A stretch of 64,000 nt of DNA from Azoarcus sp. (GTDB lineage: Bacteria; Pseudomonadota; Gammaproteobacteria; Burkholderiales; Rhodocyclaceae): assembly GCA_031277415.1 (NCBI GenBank), contig JAITMK010000132.1, positions 3,977 to 67,976 on the forward strand, in the 5' to 3' direction. The notes under the pieces are model-generated. The model was not told the origin of the DNA, ran no database searches, and saw only the letters and a list, made by a program, of their open reading frames with translations. The position numbers and the translations under genes were made by a program. This document shows, piece after piece, positions 62,658 through 64,000 of the stretch. The first letter of the stretch is position 1. Every line of letters begins with the position of its first letter.

Positions 62658-64000
62658 ATGAAAACAATCACACACCGGCAAGGCTCACCAGAGTGGCACG
62701 CTTGGCGCGCATCGCGCTTCACTGCGTCGGATGCCGCTGCCATGCTCGGCATCTCCCCCTACAAGACGCGAAATGAACTCCTGCGCGAAAAAGCAACCGG
62801 CATCACGCCGGAGTTTGACGACGCCACGCTTGAACGCTTTGCGCGTGGTCACGAACTTGAAGAAGCCGCACGCCAACCCGCCGAGGGGGTCGTCGGCAGC
62901 ACTCTCTACCCGTGCGCCGGGGAGTATGACGAGTGGCCACTGATAACCGCCAGCTTCGACGGCATCACTATGGATGAAGAAATCATCTGGGAGCATAAGA
63001 CGCTCAATGACGATCTACGAAACGCAACAGAATTGCCAGAGCACTATGCCGTGCAGGTCGAACAGCAGTTGCTTGTGTCTGGCGCAAAAAGATGTCTTTT
63101 CACAGCAACCGATGGACAGGGCGGCGAGAAGCAATTCTTCATCGAATCAAACGAGGATCGCCGCCAACAGATCATTGACGGATGGCGGCAGTTTGAAAAA
63201 GACCTTGATGAGTACACGCCGCCCGCAGCAGAAGAAACGCAGCCGATAGGTCGCGCACCGGAAAACCTCCCGGCGCTGCGCATCGAAGTCACTGGAAAAG
63301 TCATCGCATCCAACCTGCCGGAGTTTCGCGCGCACGCGATGGCCGTTATAGACGGTATCAACACCACCCTTGAAACGGACGAGGATTTTGCAGACGCCGA
63401 CAAAACGGCAAAGTGGTGCAAAGAGACGGAATCAAGGCTCGAAGCAGCCAAAGCACACGCCCTCTCACAAACGGCCAGCATCGAAGAACTTTTTCGCGTC
63501 GTCGATGATGTGAGCGAACGGATACGGCAAAAGCGCCTCACGCTCGAAAAGCTCGTCAAGGCTAGAAAGGAAGAGATCAAGACCGCAATCGTGACAGAGG
63601 CGCTGACAAAATTCAGGCAGCACACAGCGGCCCTGCAAGCAGAAATCGGTACAGCGCTCGATCTTCGCATCGGACAACCCATGTTTGGCGAAGCCATCAA
63701 GGGACTGAAAACGCTGTCCAGCATCCGCAATGCGGTCGACACCGCGCTTGCAACGGGGAAGATCGAGGCGGATGCACGAGCGAAGGATGTGAGAGTAAAG
63801 CTGGCGTGGTTCGGCGAGCATGCCGAAAAGCACCGCGCCCTACTCTTTGCAGATCTGCAAAGCTTGATCGAAAAACCTCTAGACGATTTCCAGCTTGCTG
63901 TGACATCACGCATCGAGCGGTTCGAGCGCGAGCAAGAAATCAGCCGTCAGGAAGAACTCCGTGCAAACGAGGATCAGGCAAAGAGAGCAGAGGCAGGGCT
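62658..64000 (+). CDS. YqaJ-like viral exonuclease with long C-terminal extension (3' end outside window)
   Basis: Hand translation: QGSPEWHAWR..RFTASDAAAMLGISPYKTR..L..EK; ASFDG...IWEHK PD-(D/E)xK motif; absent from ORF track because it runs off the end. Confidence 0.85.
   Translation, partial: MKTITHRQGSPEWHAWRASRFTASDAAAMLGISPYKTRNELLREKATGITPEFDDATLERFARGHELEEAARQPAEGVVGSTLYPCAGEYDEWPLITASFDGITMDEEIIWEHKTLNDDLRNATELPEHYAVQVEQQLLVSGAKRCLFTATDGQGGEKQFFIESNEDRRQQIIDGWRQFEKDLDEYTPPAAEETQPIGRAPENLPALRIEVTGKVIASNLPEFRAHAMAVIDGINTTLETDEDFADADKTAKWCKETESRLEAAKAHALSQTASIEELFRVVDDVSERIRQKRLTLEKLVKARKEEIKTAIVTEALTKFRQHTAALQAEIGTALDLRIGQPMFGEAIKGLKTLSSIRNAVDTALATGKIEADARAKDVRVKLAWFGEHAEKHRALLFADLQSLIEKPLDDFQLAVTSRIERFEREQEISRQEELRANEDQAKRAEAG

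Larger units (their letters stand above)
25157..64000. mobile_element. Temperate prophage (BPP-1/epsilon15-like podovirus virion genes, lambdoid control region), right end outside window
   Basis: Integrase abutting tRNA-Glu, lysis, tail, capsid, portal, terminase, replication, cI/cro and recombination genes in contiguous order. Confidence 0.95.

Overview
Bases 1-25.2 kb are ordinary betaproteobacterial chromosome (Rhodocyclales-like by inference). They carry rluC, an rsmI-like methylase, maf, cytochrome c peroxidase, ddh, TPR and Sel1 proteins, clpB, pilVWX-pilY1, moxR-DUF58-tgpA, mltB, a stand-alone lipoyl protein, tRNA-Ala and tRNA-Glu. From tRNA-Glu (about 25.16 kb) to the window end lies a temperate prophage that continues beyond 64 kb. 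It has a large serine integrase whose C-terminus overlaps the tRNA, a holin/SAR-endolysin/Rz-Rz1 lysis cassette, a BPP-1/epsilon15-like podovirus virion module, a lambdoid cI/cro switch with matching OL/OR operators, O/P-like replication genes and RecT/YqaJ. The most notable signals are non-coding. (1) A compact leftward unit at 51.74-51.94 kb has a promoter, two divergent type I-C CRISPR-repeat-like sequences each followed by a homologous pseudo-spacer, and a terminator. It sits in a cluster of small unknown genes with no cas genes in view: a candidate tandem RNA anti-CRISPR / acr locus. (2) A sar-like antisense RNA covers the RBS of a small membrane protein between ejection-protein genes. 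(3) A thrice-repeated late-promoter motif and several predicted leaderless mRNAs. (4) A three-gene cassette in the immunity region (HPD-less J-domain membrane protein, conserved unknown, DUF4406-like). All family calls are from motif recognition by eye; no database searches were run.
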